Below, piece by piece: positions 46,885 through 59,100 of a stretch of DNA of 64,000 bases; position 1 is the first letter of the stretch, and every line of letters begins with the position of its first letter. Source of the stretch: a virus (lineage: Duplodnaviria > Caudoviricetes). The position numbers and the translations under genes were made by a program. The stretch spans positions 30,769 through 94,768 of IMG/VR virus record IMGVR_UViG_2684622674_000004. One strand, written 5' to 3'. The notes under the pieces were generated by a model. That model made no database searches. It worked only from the letters and a program-made list of their open reading frames with translations, and was not told the origin of the DNA.

Positions 46885-48762
46885 ATGTCAGATAGTTTTC
46901 AGTTAAAGGCGATTATTACTGGCGTCAATAAGTTATCTCCGGCGTTGACGACTATGCAGAAGGATCTGCGTAAGTTTAAGGGGGAATTTAAAGACGTCAT
47001 GCAAAGTGTGGCAATGATGGGTGCGGCAATTGGTGGTGCTTTCATTATTCCGATCAACCAGGCAATGGAATTTGAATCCTCCATGGCTGATGTGCGCAAG
47101 GTTGTTGACTTTGATACTCCCGCCCAGTTTAAGGAGATGGGCGAGGATATATTGAAGCTTTCTACTGAATTGCCAATGGCAGCGGATGGAATAGCTGCCA
47201 TCGTTGCTGCAGGTGGTCAAGCAGGTATTGCCCGCGCCGATCTGAAAGCTTTTGCGACTGATGCGGTGAAGATGGGTATTGCTTTCGATCAGACGGCAGA
47301 AGAGTCCGGCCAGATGATGGCGCAATGGAGAACAGCATTTAAACTGACTCAAAGTGAAGTGGTAACACTGTCAGATAAAGTTAACTACCTGGGTAATACC
47401 GGCCCTGCGAATGCGGCAAAAATATCTGAAATTGTGACTCGAATTGGCCCGCTCGGTAGTGTGGCAGGGCTTGCATCTGGGGAAATAGCCGCAATGGGGG
47501 CGACTATCGCTGGGATGGGGGTGGAGTCTGAAATAGCTTCAACAGGCATTAAAAACTTTATGTTGTCTCTTACCTCAGGGACAGGTAAAGGATTAAAAGG
47601 GAAAGTATTAAAAGCTATAAAAATAGATCCTAAGCAACTGGCTGCGGATATGCAAAAAGACTCCAAAACCGCTATTTTAAAGGTGTTGGACTCTGTCGCT
47701 AAATTACCCAAAGCTAAGCAGGCTGCTGCACTGGAAGCACTATTTGGTAGAGAGTCACTAGGTGCTATAGCACCTCTCTTAACGAATATGGGTTTACTGA
47801 GGGAGAATTTTAATAAAGTTGCAGATGCTCAGGTTTATGCCGGTTCAATGCAAAAAGAATATGAATCTAGAGCGGCAACTACGGCCAACGAAGTTCAATT
47901 ACTGAAGAACCAATTAGAGATTGCCAGTATTACGCTCGGGGATATGTTCCTGCCCTATATTACCGAGGGTACTAAAGAGCTTAAACCTTTATTAGAGCAG
48001 TTTCGACAATGGGTTAAGGCCAATCCTGAATTAATAAAGACAGTTTTTAAATTGGGGATTTATTTAATTTCTGTTGCCACTGGCGTTACAGCGGTAACGA
48101 AAGCTATCGGTATTATGAACTTCGTCACCAAAATGTCACCGCTGGGTAAGTTACTTACGCTGCTGATCGGTGCAGGTGCGTTGATTGTGGCTAACTGGGA
48201 TACGGTGGGGCCGGTATTTAAGGATGTATGGAACCAGATTAAGCCTATCGTCGATATGGTGGGTGGCTGGGAAGGCGTAATGAAAGGGCTTGCTCTGTAT
48301 ATGGCCGGTGATTTTGCTTTCTCATTTTTAAAAGGAATTAACGCTGGTGGTGCAGGCGTCAGAGGGCTTAATGGTGCACTAAAAACGCTCATTTCTTATG
48401 GTGGGCAAATGGTCACTATTGGTGTGATCATTAGCTTATTTAAGCAACTGGATGACCTAAGTAAAGAGTCTCAGTCCACCAATAAATCCAAAGGGGACAT
48501 TCTGGTTGATAGGCTGAAAAAAGGGGAGCAAGACAGGGGCTACACTGGATTTATCCCACGCATGAAAGAGCTGCTAAATATGGATGGCAGTCAAAATTCT
48601 AAGGTGCCATTAGCCTCAGCCAGACCTCAAGCCGTCAATGGAGAAATTACCGTTAAGTTTGATAACGCCCCTCCAGGCATGTCTGTTACAGATTCTAGGA
48701 CGAGCCAGTCCGGTTTTGGTATTGGCTACGACGTTGGTTATAACCGCTTCGCTAATAAGTAA
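46885..48762 (+). CDS. Tail tape measure protein (TP901 family)
   Basis: AMEFESSMADVRKVVDF, LFG.E, GSMQKEY..RAATT.N. Confidence 0.93.
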   Translation: MSDSFQLKAIITGVNKLSPALTTMQKDLRKFKGEFKDVMQSVAMMGAAIGGAFIIPINQAMEFESSMADVRKVVDFDTPAQFKEMGEDILKLSTELPMAADGIAAIVAAGGQAGIARADLKAFATDAVKMGIAFDQTAEESGQMMAQWRTAFKLTQSEVVTLSDKVNYLGNTGPANAAKISEIVTRIGPLGSVAGLASGEIAAMGATIAGMGVESEIASTGIKNFMLSLTSGTGKGLKGKVLKAIKIDPKQLAADMQKDSKTAILKVLDSVAKLPKAKQAAALEALFGRESLGAIAPLLTNMGLLRENFNKVADAQVYAGSMQKEYESRAATTANEVQLLKNQLEIASITLGDMFLPYITEGTKELKPLLEQFRQWVKANPELIKTVFKLGIYLISVATGVTAVTKAIGIMNFVTKMSPLGKLLTLLIGAGALIVANWDTVGPVFKDVWNQIKPIVDMVGGWEGVMKGLALYMAGDFAFSFLKGINAGGAGVRGLNGALKTLISYGGQMVTIGVIISLFKQLDDLSKESQSTNKSKGDILVDRLKKGEQDRGYTGFIPRMKELLNMDGSQNSKVPLASARPQAVNGEITVKFDNAPPGMSVTDSRTSQSGFGIGYDVGYNRFANK

Positions 48763-48813
48763 TTGATAACCTACAGATCCACTTCGGTGGGTTTTTTTTC
48801 GCCCGGAGAATGT

Positions 48814-50118
48814 ATGAGCTGGAAAGATAAGCTACTACCGGCCTCGTTTCGTGGTGTGCCATTTAAAACGCAGGATGATGAGGCCACTTTCGGGCGCAGG
48901 ACGCAAACCCATGAATACCCCAACCGCGATAAACCTTACTCCGAAGATCTGGGGCGGGTGACGCGGCGCGATACGATTTCAGCCTATCTGATTGGTGACG
49001 ATTATCAGGCGCAGCGCGATCAATTGATTACCGCCATTAATCAGGCGGGGCCGGGGAAACTGATTCACCCGCAGTACGGCGAGCTAAATGTTTGTATCGA
49101 TGGCGAGGTAAGAATTGGCCATAGCGCGGCTGATGGCCGCATGTGCACCATCAGTTTTAACTTTGTTGAAGCCGGTGAACTCTCTTTTCCCACCTCCGGT
49201 GTTGCCACTGGACAGAAGCTGGTTTCCTCCTGTGATGCCATGACCGACTGTGTGACAGATGCATTCGGTAAGGATTTCGGGCTGGAGGGCATGGCTGACT
49301 TTATCCAGAACGGCGTGATCAGTGATGCCAGCGACATGATGAATACCGCGATTAAAACTTTTGACGGCGTAAACTCGGCTATTGCTGACGCGGGCCGCTT
49401 GCTCGATGGTGATCTGTCGGTGCTGCTGATGCCGCCCAGTTCCGGCATGAATTTCGTTAATCGCCTGCAACGCATGTGGCGTTCGGGTAATAGTTTGCTG
49501 GGTAACAGTGACGACATTATCAACAAAATTAAGGGGCTGAGCGGCTTTACTGTGGGTCGTGATCTGGCTCCACACGGGGTATGGAAAACGGACAGCAAGA
49601 CTATCCAGACCCAAACCACCCAGCGCAATGTTGTCGCTCAGGCCATCCGCGCCACGGCACTGACTGAAGCGGCGCAGAGTGTGGCTGATTTACCGCAAGC
49701 CCGCCCGCCACTGAATGCCACGGTGACACCGCAGGCGCAACTGCCGCTGATCACCCATCCGGCGGTGACGTCGCTCAGCGATAATGTGGCCGCAACCCCG
49801 CCAGTGACCTATGAGGCGCTGACGACGATCCGTGACACATTGAATACCGCCATTGATCAGGAGCTGCTACGGGTGACGGATGATGCGCTGTTTCTGGCAA
49901 TCAACACCGTGCGCACTGATGTCAATCGCGATATCAGTACGCGGCTCGAGCAGATAGAAAAAACCACCTTCCGCACCCCTGATGAAGTGCTGCCCGCGCT
50001 GGTGCTGGCGGCTGATTGGTATGACTCCGCCGCGCGCGAAACCGACATTATCGGTCGCAACCAAATCACCCATCCCGGCTTCGTGCCGGTGAAAACGCTA
50101 CAGGTACCCATCCGATGA
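48814..50118 (+). CDS. DNA circularisation/tail protein (Mu gp43-like)
   Basis: ASFRGVPF, HEYP.RD....EDLGR, HP..G, N.I.HPGF.P. Confidence 0.9.
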   Translation: MSWKDKLLPASFRGVPFKTQDDEATFGRRTQTHEYPNRDKPYSEDLGRVTRRDTISAYLIGDDYQAQRDQLITAINQAGPGKLIHPQYGELNVCIDGEVRIGHSAADGRMCTISFNFVEAGELSFPTSGVATGQKLVSSCDAMTDCVTDAFGKDFGLEGMADFIQNGVISDASDMMNTAIKTFDGVNSAIADAGRLLDGDLSVLLMPPSSGMNFVNRLQRMWRSGNSLLGNSDDIINKIKGLSGFTVGRDLAPHGVWKTDSKTIQTQTTQRNVVAQAIRATALTEAAQSVADLPQARPPLNATVTPQAQLPLITHPAVTSLSDNVAATPPVTYEALTTIRDTLNTAIDQELLRVTDDALFLAINTVRTDVNRDISTRLEQIEKTTFRTPDEVLPALVLAADWYDSAARETDIIGRNQITHPGFVPVKTLQVPIR

Positions 50119-51188
50119 ATAACGATGTCACGCTGCGGGTGAATGGCCGCGAGTGGGTGGGGTGGACCTCGGTCTCTATCTCGGCAGGTATTGAGCGCTT
50201 GGCCCGTGATTTTAATGTGGAGATCACCCGCCAATGGCCCGGCAGCGAAGAGGCCGGACACCTACAGCCAAGAGTGAAAAAGGGCGATGAAGTCACGGTG
50301 TTGATCGGCACTGACTTGGTGGTCACCGGCTATATCGATGCCACGCCAGTACGCTATGACGCCCGCTCAGTATCGGTGGGTATTGTTGGCCGCAGTAAAA
50401 CAGAAGACCTGATCGACTGCGCCGCCCTGATAACCCAATTTACCGGGCGCTCTTTTGTGCAGATCGCGACCCAGCTCGCCGCACCCTTTGGTGTCTCGGT
50501 GGTCAATGCGGGAGTGGAAAATACGCCAATGCAGGGGTTGCAGGTGGATTACGGTGAAACCGTGGTCGATGTGCTGGATAAAATGATGGGCATTCAACAG
50601 GTGCTAGCCTATGACAATCCAGCTGGCGCACTGGTGATTGGTTCGGTGGGAGCCTCACGTACCGTCACCGCGTTGGTGCTGGGGGAGAATATCATTTCCT
50701 GTGACACCGAGCAGAGCATCAAAGACCGCTTTTCTGAATACGTGGTTGCCGGGCAACGGTCGGGCAATGACGACGACTTTGGCACGGCCACCACCAATGC
50801 CATCCGGGCTAAAACCGTTGACGGCGGCGTCAGCCGCTATCACCCTATGGTGATCAAGCAGAGCGGCAATGCCACAGGCGGCTCGGTGATTGAGCGTAGC
50901 CAGTTTGAGATGCTACGGCGGGCAGCGCGTACCGATGAAGTGACCTATACAGTGCAGGGGTGGCGGCAGGGGAACGGCGATCTCTGGTCGCCCAATCAAC
51001 TGGTCACGGTGTTCGATCCGGTGTTGGGCTTTAACAACCGCGAAATGTTAATCGCGGAGGTGACTTACAGCAAAAACGAACAGGGGACGATCACCCAGTT
51101 ACGGATCGGCCCCGCTGATGCCTATCTGCCAAAACCACCCAATCCAAACAAACAGCGCCGCAAAAAAGCCGAAGAGGACGAATTCTAA
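50115..51188 (+). CDS. Baseplate hub (Mu gp44/gpP-like)
   Basis: GW..V.I..GIE...R.F, GRSKT.DL.DC, V.GWRQ..G.LW.PN. Confidence 0.9.
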   Translation: MNNDVTLRVNGREWVGWTSVSISAGIERLARDFNVEITRQWPGSEEAGHLQPRVKKGDEVTVLIGTDLVVTGYIDATPVRYDARSVSVGIVGRSKTEDLIDCAALITQFTGRSFVQIATQLAAPFGVSVVNAGVENTPMQGLQVDYGETVVDVLDKMMGIQQVLAYDNPAGALVIGSVGASRTVTALVLGENIISCDTEQSIKDRFSEYVVAGQRSGNDDDFGTATTNAIRAKTVDGGVSRYHPMVIKQSGNATGGSVIERSQFEMLRRAARTDEVTYTVQGWRQGNGDLWSPNQLVTVFDPVLGFNNREMLIAEVTYSKNEQGTITQLRIGPADAYLPKPPNPNKQRRKKAEEDEF

Positions 51189-51754
51189 TGAGTCGATTGT
51201 TGGGGGGGATACAGCGTGGGCTATCCAATATGCTGGTTCGGGCGGTGGTTCGCCGCCTTGATTCCAGCAGTAAAAACCAGATGCTGCAAATTCAGATGAT
51301 TGCGGATGAGTTGAAAGACAACATCGAACATCTGGAGCCTTATGGCTTTACCAGCGCCGCCCACACAGGCGCGGAGGCGTTCGCCGCTTTCCCCGATGGC
51401 GACCGCTCGCACGGGGTGGTGTTAGTGGTGGCTGATCGTCGGTATCGAATTAAGGGGCTGAAGTCTGGCGAGGTAGCGATTTACAGCGACGAAGGGGACA
51501 GCATTATTCTCAAACGCGGCAACCAAATCGAGGTGAACACCAAACAGTTTATTGTTAACGCTGAAGAAAAAGCGGTATTTAACACACCACTGATTGAAGC
51601 CAGCGGTCAGATCAAAGCTCAGGGCAATGTCGAGTCTGCGGCTGATGTTCAAGACGAAACTGGCACTATGGCGGCGATGCGCGGCCAGTTCAATTCGCAT
51701 ACTCACCCGCACGGTGAACCGAATACTGACGTGCCTAACCAGAAGATGGAGTAA
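51188..51754 (+). CDS. Baseplate spike (Mu gp45/gpV-like)
   Basis: EPYGFTS, DRRYR..GL..GEVA.Y, HTH.H. Confidence 0.9.
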   Translation: MSRLLGGIQRGLSNMLVRAVVRRLDSSSKNQMLQIQMIADELKDNIEHLEPYGFTSAAHTGAEAFAAFPDGDRSHGVVLVVADRRYRIKGLKSGEVAIYSDEGDSIILKRGNQIEVNTKQFIVNAEEKAVFNTPLIEASGQIKAQGNVESAADVQDETGTMAAMRGQFNSHTHPHGEPNTDVPNQKME

Positions 51755-51757
51755 CCG

Positions 51758-52171
51758 ATGATCCTGATGGTGAATGGTCAACAACAATCAGCCTCTACGC
51801 CCACCGATCCCCTAACACGTGCGGTGATTATCTCGCTGTTTACTTGGCGGCGGGCTGATCCGGATGATGATGCTGAGCGGCCCATGGGGTGGTGGGGTGA
51901 TACTTATCCCACAATACAAAATGACCGTATCGGCTCCCGACTCTATTTACTCCAGCGCACCACCCTGACCCATAACACGATCGAGCTAGCAAGAGGCTAC
52001 TTAGCGCAGGCACTCGCTTGGTTAAAAGACGACGGTGTAGTTTCACGAATCACCATCAATGTGCAGCGACGCGGTACCGAAATACTGACTGCTGAAATAA
52101 CGCTGTACCGTAACGATGGCAGTTCTCAGTTAATTACCTTCGATGATTTATGGAGTGCACTCAATGGCTGA
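51758..52171 (+). CDS. Mu gp46-like baseplate protein
   Basis: AVIISLFTWRRA, GWWGD, GSRL.LL.R, AL.WL..DG. Confidence 0.9.
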   Translation: MILMVNGQQQSASTPTDPLTRAVIISLFTWRRADPDDDAERPMGWWGDTYPTIQNDRIGSRLYLLQRTTLTHNTIELARGYLAQALAWLKDDGVVSRITINVQRRGTEILTAEITLYRNDGSSQLITFDDLWSALNG

Positions 52172-53222
52172 TAGCGGATTTAACCGCCCAACACTTCCCC
52201 AGCTTATTTCCCAAATCCGCAGTGACTTGAATTCCCGTTTCCAAACTGATGCTGTTCTTCGCCGTACCGACACCGAGGTTTACAGCCGGGTACATGCGGC
52301 GGCGGTGCACACGGTTTACGGCTACATAGATTATCTGGCCCGCAACCTGTTACCGGATCAGTGCGACGAGGATTGGTTAGCACGCCACGGCAATATGAAG
52401 CGCTGCCAGCGCAAAGAGCCATCAACTGCCACGGGCTTTGTACGCTGGGAAGGGGTCACCAACGGCATTGAAGTGCCTGCCGGCAGAGTGATTCAGCGTG
52501 ATGATTTGCAGGAGTACACCACCACCGCAGCGGCGACCTCTATTGCGGGTGTTCTGCGGGTGCCAGTGATCTGCTCAGTCGTTGGCACACTGGGAAATAC
52601 TGACGATGGTATCAGCATGGTACTGACTCAACCGATTAATGGCCTGCCCTCGTCCGCCGCCGCAGATGGCATTGAGGGCGGCACGGATGTGGAGCCAGTG
52701 GAGGAGTGGCGGGCGCGGATCATTGAGCGCTGGTATTACTCCCCGCAAGGCGGCGCTGATGGCGACTATATTATCTGGGCCAAAGAGGTACCCGGCGTTA
52801 CCCGCGCATGGACTTACCGCCACTGGATGGGAACCGGCACGGTCGGGGTGATGGTGGCTAACAGCAACCTTGAAAATCCAGTGCCGGATAATGCGGTAGT
52901 CACCGCCGCGCGTGACCACATCTTACTGCTGGCTCCGGTGGCGGGGGCCAGCCTCTACACCTTCCCACCAGTGGCGAAGATAGTACCGTTCCATGTTCGC
53001 CTTACGCCAGACACACCGGAGGTTCGCTATGCAGTTATCGCCGAGCTGCGTGCCATGTTTCTGCGTGATGGGGTGCCGGGTGGGGTACTGGATCACTCTC
53101 GTATTAACGAAGCGATCAGCATCGCCACCGGGGAGTATAAGCATATTCTGGTGAGTCCGACCGATGATGTTCAACTGGCCGCAACTGAGCTGCCCATTGT
53201 GGGAGAACTGACGTGGACCTAA
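52164..53222 (+). CDS. Baseplate wedge J (Mu gp47-like)
   Basis: RPTL..L, GG.D.E....R.R, GG...[13 protein letters not shown]. Confidence 0.92.
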   Translation: MADSGFNRPTLPQLISQIRSDLNSRFQTDAVLRRTDTEVYSRVHAAAVHTVYGYIDYLARNLLPDQCDEDWLARHGNMKRCQRKEPSTATGFVRWEGVTNGIEVPAGRVIQRDDLQEYTTTAAATSIAGVLRVPVICSVVGTLGNTDDGISMVLTQPINGLPSSAAADGIEGGTDVEPVEEWRARIIERWYYSPQGGADGDYIIWAKEVPGVTRAWTYRHWMGTGTVGVMVANSNLENPVPDNAVVTAARDHILLLAPVAGASLYTFPPVAKIVPFHVRLTPDTPEVRYAVIAELRAMFLRDGVPGGVLDHSRINEAISIATGEYKHILVSPTDDVQLAATELPIVGELTWT

Positions 53223-53794
53223 CCGACAGCTACAGCCAACTACTAACAAACCTCCTGCCGCGCGGTCCCGCGTGGGAGGGGGATGATCCCCTACTGTTGG
53301 GGCTTGCACCGTCCTACTCTCGCGCCCATCAGCGCGGAGATAGCCTGATGCTAGAGGTTGATCCGCGCACCACCACTGAGCTTATCGATCGCTACGAGCA
53401 GATAACGGGCCTGCCGGACTCATGCGCACCGCCCGGCGTACAGACCTTGGCCCAGCGGCAGCAGCGGCTGGATGCAAAAATTAATGTCACGGGCGGGATT
53501 AGCAAGGCGTTCTATCTGGCACAACTGGCGGCACTGGGCTATCCGAATGCCACTATCACCCAGTTTGAAAGTGATATTTTCCGCTGTACGTCTACCTGTA
53601 TTGATTCGCTTTATTCAGAAGAGTGGCGCTACTGGTGGCAGGTCAATATGCCGAATGTCACCCAGATAACCGACATGACCTGCGCCTCAGTGTGCACCGC
53701 CAGCCTGAGAACGTGGGGCGACACCACTGCCGAATGCGTCATTAACAAACTTTGCCCTTCGCACACCTACGTGACTTTCTTATACCCGGAGTAA
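53213..53794 (+). CDS. YmfQ/Mu gp48-like baseplate protein
   Basis: LLP.GPAW, E.DP.TT.ELI.R.E...GLPD.C, EC.I.K..PSHT. Confidence 0.9.
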   Translation: MDLTDSYSQLLTNLLPRGPAWEGDDPLLLGLAPSYSRAHQRGDSLMLEVDPRTTTELIDRYEQITGLPDSCAPPGVQTLAQRQQRLDAKINVTGGISKAFYLAQLAALGYPNATITQFESDIFRCTSTCIDSLYSEEWRYWWQVNMPNVTQITDMTCASVCTASLRTWGDTTAECVINKLCPSHTYVTFLYPE

Positions 53795-53800
53795 CCCTTT

Positions 53801-54868
53801 ATGCATCGTATTGATACCCCAACCGCCCAAGTGGATAAATTTGGCGCGGGTAAGAACGGCTTTACCCGTGGTAACCCACAAACGGGTGTACCGGCTACCG
53901 CGCTGGATGATGATTATTTTGATTCTATTCAAGAGGAGATCGCTGGGGTTGTTGAATCCACTGGTGTGGCGCTTGATAAATCCAACAGAACTCAGTTATT
54001 GACCGCACTGAAAAAACTATTTTTACGGACGGGTAATAACTTTTCTGAAATTGCGGCGGCTGGTTCTGCTGCGGTGGCTGCTGCTCTCGCAAATCTGGGA
54101 TTAAGTGACGTGGCCCATCTTCCACAATTAACAGGTATTATTGGCACATCACGCAATGCAAAAATGAGTGTTACAGCGGCCTCGGCAACGGCTACTTTCA
54201 CCGCTGATGAATTAATCGTGCAAGCTGCGCTGGGAGGACGCCAGTACAAGCTGGCTAGCTTCAACAAGACAATTAACCTTGCCACTACTGGCGCGGGTGG
54301 GATGGATACGGGTGCCGTGCCAGCGAACGGATTTGTTGCGCTGTATGCGATTTATAACCCAACAACTCAAGTGTCGGCCTTGTTAGCAGTTAATGCTACG
54401 TCAGTGCTGGTTCCAGAGGTGTATTCCGGGGCTAATATGCCGTCAGGCTACACGGCCTCAGCTCTGGTTAGTATATGGAAAACTGCGAGCAGCCAGCTTG
54501 TTATTGGCTATCAGATGGACAGAAAGATCACCCTTACCAGTGCTATTGCAATTAACGGGAATACTCAACAGGCGGCATATACTGCAATTCCCTTGACTCC
54601 AACGGTCCCAGTTAATGCGAAAACAGTATCCGGGACTAGGGGGGTAGCATCGACCACGGCAGGGGCTGCTATAAAAAACTACGTGGCTTCAAGTGCTTCT
54701 GGATTATCAGAACAACCAATGAGTGGAGGAACTGCCGCCGCAAACCTTGATATGCACACTGCATTTCTCGACCTACCAATTATTACGCCGCAAACTATTT
54801 ATTTCCTAGCAACAGCTAGTGCAGGAACTATGACGATGAGTGTTGTTATAAGTAGTTATACCTTTTAA
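53801..54868 (+). CDS. Tail fibre protein
   Basis: MHRIDTPTAQ.DKFG.GKNGFT.G.P.TG..AT N-terminus, QEEI, PSGYTASAL. Confidence 0.88.
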   Translation: MHRIDTPTAQVDKFGAGKNGFTRGNPQTGVPATALDDDYFDSIQEEIAGVVESTGVALDKSNRTQLLTALKKLFLRTGNNFSEIAAAGSAAVAAALANLGLSDVAHLPQLTGIIGTSRNAKMSVTAASATATFTADELIVQAALGGRQYKLASFNKTINLATTGAGGMDTGAVPANGFVALYAIYNPTTQVSALLAVNATSVLVPEVYSGANMPSGYTASALVSIWKTASSQLVIGYQMDRKITLTSAIAINGNTQQAAYTAIPLTPTVPVNAKTVSGTRGVASTTAGAAIKNYVASSASGLSEQPMSGGTAAANLDMHTAFLDLPIITPQTIYFLATASAGTMTMSVVISSYTF

Positions 54869-55110
54869 TGAGATTTACGGAGGTTTACGTGGACGAATAT
54901 TATGTTCAGTTTACAGACGATACACAGACAGTAATTGGATTATATTTTTGCTGCCCACAAGACCCAAATGTATATCCTAATTTGGGTACCGTATTTGGAA
55001 ATGACCCAAGGTACATCGCTTATTATGATTCACTGCCAGCGTTTGCTCGCTATGGGATGCCGGTTCCAATATACCCAACAATGACGGTTGATCTTGGTGA
55101 GAAAAAGTAA
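54868..55110 (+). CDS. Small tail-fibre-associated protein
   Basis: VQF.D.T...I..YF..PQDP...PNLG.V...DPRY; coupled to the fibre gene. Confidence 0.7.
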   Translation: MRFTEVYVDEYYVQFTDDTQTVIGLYFCCPQDPNVYPNLGTVFGNDPRYIAYYDSLPAFARYGMPVPIYPTMTVDLGEKK

Positions 55111-55426
55111 GGCATAAAAAATAGGGAGTGTTGGGTTGTAGTCTGTGCATGTGACGGAAGGGCAAGAGTGCCTATTGTGGTGATATATTGGTGAATGGGC
55201 ATATGAGGGGCAAAAAACTACCGCAAAGTAACTCAAAGCAACATGCTCATTGAATCAGTTTGCAGTAATACATTGCTAAAACCTTAGATGCAACTTAAAT
55301 CACCGTAACATATTGATTTATGTTGGCACATACCTAAAGAGCAAGACTCGGCAAAGTTTTATTGCTAATTTATTTAGGTTTTTATAAATAGTTCCGAGAT
55401 GGTTAATTTCATAATTTACGAATAGG

Positions 55427-56038
55427 ATGCTTACCATGATGATTTACGTGCAACTTTCTGATGGAACCCCAAAAAGATTATTTGGCATATTTGGTGGGCC
55501 TCAGCCTGAGGGTTGGTTCAATGGTTATGTAGAATTAGATATTGACCCTAATACAGCATATGCACTTAATGACTATTATAATCCAGCCGATAATAAATTT
55601 TATGTAGACACCGATTTTATACATTTATCTGGATGGATTGACCCGGTAAATATATATAACATTGCACTTGACGGACTAAACTCAAATGGCGCGATTGCTT
55701 TCGGTGCTGTTTTAACACCAACTTCTGATTTTGGTGCTCAGACGTGGTGGTGCCAGTGCGAAGAAGCAAACAAGTACCATGCAGATAATACTTTTTCAGC
55801 CCCATTGCTTACAGCAATGGTTTCTGCTTCCAATGGTGAATTAACTTTGAATGATTTAGTTCAAAGTATCCTTACGAGCGAAGCGGATTGGAAAAATGCG
55901 GCAGGTAACATTGCATGGCAAATTTATAATAAAAAATTAGCCCTACAATATTTACGCGATGAGGTCATTGCAGGAACAAAAACAATTGAGGATATCCAGA
56001 ATTTTGATTGTAGCATCATCATTCCACAGTTGAATTGA
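55427..56038 (+). CDS. Hypothetical protein, possibly fibre-assembly-like
   Basis: AT-rich 203-aa ORF; TW..Q.EEA..Y.AD....APLL pattern. Confidence 0.55.
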   Translation: MLTMMIYVQLSDGTPKRLFGIFGGPQPEGWFNGYVELDIDPNTAYALNDYYNPADNKFYVDTDFIHLSGWIDPVNIYNIALDGLNSNGAIAFGAVLTPTSDFGAQTWWCQCEEANKYHADNTFSAPLLTAMVSASNGELTLNDLVQSILTSEADWKNAAGNIAWQIYNKKLALQYLRDEVIAGTKTIEDIQNFDCSIIIPQLN

Positions 56039-56136
56039 CCTTCATTGCAATAATTTAATGTGTGATTAGTTTATCAAAATGAGATCAAGCCGGGCTTAAC
56101 TGCCCGGTCTATTTGCCTATAATTTGTTAGCCAGTA

Positions 56137-59100
56137 TTAGAAGTTGTATTTAACCCCTAACATCACCGCAGTATCACTGTAGCCTTTGTTGCCGATCTGC
56201 TGTCCAACATTACCCCAGAGATTGACTTGCTTGTTGATCTGACCTTCGACACCCACTTTCACTTCCGCAATGTTCGCCGCACCGTCTTGCTTCACGGTCA
56301 CGCCATCCATATTGGTACCAAAGTCTTTGGTGTTATGAACCCAGTTAGCTTCAACAAACGGCTGGAACACACGGTCCTTACCTTTATCCTGATCCGCGTA
56401 ACCATTTATAAAGGCTTTCACACCCAGACGGGTCTGGATATTGCCATCACCTTCACCTGATACATTGGTGCCGTTGGCTTCTTTATGCTCGTCCGCTTTC
56501 ACACCCATCCAGGTAACCTGTGCTTTAGGCTGGATAAAGTAGGTGGCGTTTTTAGCCGCGTTCTCGCCCACTTTAAAGGTATAGCCACTCTCAACAGATG
56601 CCGTCACCCCTTTGGATTTGTACTCTTCGCTCGCTAAATCCTGGCCTTCAACCGTGTTGTCGAACCAGCTGTATTGTGCCCAGCTGTCCACATACAGGCC
56701 CGATTTATCGGCATCGTTAGCATACCAGGTACCGTAGACCCCGGTGCTGTAACCATCAGTGGTGCCTTTGGCGTTATAACCGGACACTTGTGACACCGTG
56801 GTGTTCTTGCTGTTGCCGTAACCGGCCATCACGCCCAGGTGGAAACGGTCCATGCCATTATTACTCCACTGAGCAATATCGCCACCCAGTTGCATCACAT
56901 AGCGGTTCGCCTGTGTACTCAACTGACCACTGGTATCACGGGAGCGGTTATGGCCGCCTTCGTTACGCAGCCACATGCTGGTAACTTTCTTCTCGCCGGT
57001 CAGCGCGTCGATATATTGGGTTTCACCCAGACGATCGTGCAGACGCGTCACAAACATAGTGTTGGCTGCGGCCAGGTTCGCGGTGTAGCTGCCGGCTTCA
57101 GGGCGTTTAGTTTCCTCGCCTGGACCCGTCGGGTTTTCCGGGGCGACCGGATTTTCTGGATCAACCGGTAAATTGCTCAAGCTGGTCAAATACCAATTAC
57201 TGGCATTGGTTCCTACCCCGCGAGCCAGAGAGTAATCATACGCACCGGCAACAATACGTCCCTGCTTAACAAACTCACCGTTCGACAGTCCATTCACCTT
57301 AATCAACTCAATACCGTTTAATGTCGTCGCGCCACTGCCACCCAAGTTAGTTACAGCCACATGAGTGGTGCCAGCAGTATTACCATTAACGACTAATTTA
57401 TCAGTAACTGAAGCATCATTATTGAGTGCTGAGTTAAAGTTGAGCAGACCGTCATTGCCGATGTAATCACCGGATACCGTTAGAATCGTACCTGGTGCAC
57501 CGTTAAGGCTCACAGTACCGCTATTACTTAGACTGTTCAGTGTCTGGTCGAAACCGGCTAAATCCAGTTCTCCCGCAGTCTCGACAATATATTCAGAAGC
57601 TGTACTGAAGCTGCTTGCCGCACCAGCCTTTAAGGTGCCAGCATTAACCGTTGTCGTACCACTATAGGTATTTACGCCATTTAATACCGTCATACCACTG
57701 TAAACTGCCACTTTACCACTGCCAGCAATGGCAGAATTAAACTGATAATCAGTATCAATATGGTTAAAGACAATTGAGCTATCACCGCTACCTAAGGTGA
57801 TAAGTGGTGTATTAATATAACCGGCTGATGAAGCAGTATAATTAGCTGCGCTACCAATATTCAGTACTCCGGTTGAAGTTGCATCTTTAGCAATGATTAA
57901 ATTATCGGTTTGAACAGTCCCACTGTTATTAATAGTCAGTGAGGCGTTACCGCCAAACTCCCCAAAACTAATATCACCTGTATTAACCCAATTGGAATTA
58001 ACACCAGTGACCAAAACGTCACCTTTTGAGCCAGCGGCATAGCCGACATAGCTACCAGAACTACTGAGATTCCCGCCATCGGAGACGACGACAGAGCCAT
58101 TTCCATTGTTACCTATAACCAAGCTGTTAGAGTTTTGCCAAGAAGAATCTGTACCTGAGATATTTACTTGGCCAGTGGCATCTTTTCCTGCACCAACATA
58201 ACCAAAACTATCAGTTACAACACCACCATTAGTGATATTTAGAGTACTATTAGAACCTACTGATGCGTAAAATGAACCAATTTGCAGGGTCTCGGCATTA
58301 TCCCAACGAGAGTCGGTGCCGGTAATTTCTACCACTCCGATAGAGTCATTAATATTCCCGCTTTGACTGGCTACTACACCACCATCAGAAACAACCATGG
58401 TGGCAGGGCCATTTGTTCCTATATCAAGCAATGTACCCACTTGCCAGCGGGAACCTGCACCGCTCACTTCTACATAACCGGTTGAAGTAGTTCCTGCCGC
58501 AACGCTTGCTTTCGTTGCCGTGGTAACAATGCCGCCATTGGTGATTTTAAGACTGCCATCACCTTCATGGCCGATGAACATACGATTACCGGCATTCCAG
58601 ATTGAGCCTAGACCTGTGACTTCAACGCTACCGGTTGAACCTGGGCGATACGCAATATCAGCATTGTTTTGGTTAGTGACTACAGCACCATCGGTAATTC
58701 GCATCATGCCATTACTATCATTTTCGCCACCAATGCGTAACTCACCGCCGTTGGTTAATTGTGAACCAGTTCCACTGACTTCAAGATAACCAACAGCCCC
58801 AACACCAAAACCAACATGTGTCGCGTTAACAGGGTTATTTACAACTCCACCATCCGATATCTGTAATGTGCCGTTACCGTTATAACCAACAAAGAGCACT
58901 CCGTTATTTATCCACTTAGAGTCAGATCCAGTAATAACTACCTCACCGGTAGCTGTAGAACTATAGCCAATATAGCTCCATAGCCCAGCGGCTACATTTC
59001 CGCTGGTCAACGTTCCACCATTTCCGCTGTTCAACGGTCCACCATTGAAAATCTTCATAGCACCAAATGACGTATTACCAACAATTATTACCCCTGGAAT

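Noticed and set aside
56090-56114. Similarity of CCGGGCTTAA...CTATTT to 62680-62704 as an element boundary
   Set aside because: Both are short terminator-like hairpins; too short and degenerate to define a repeat-bounded unit
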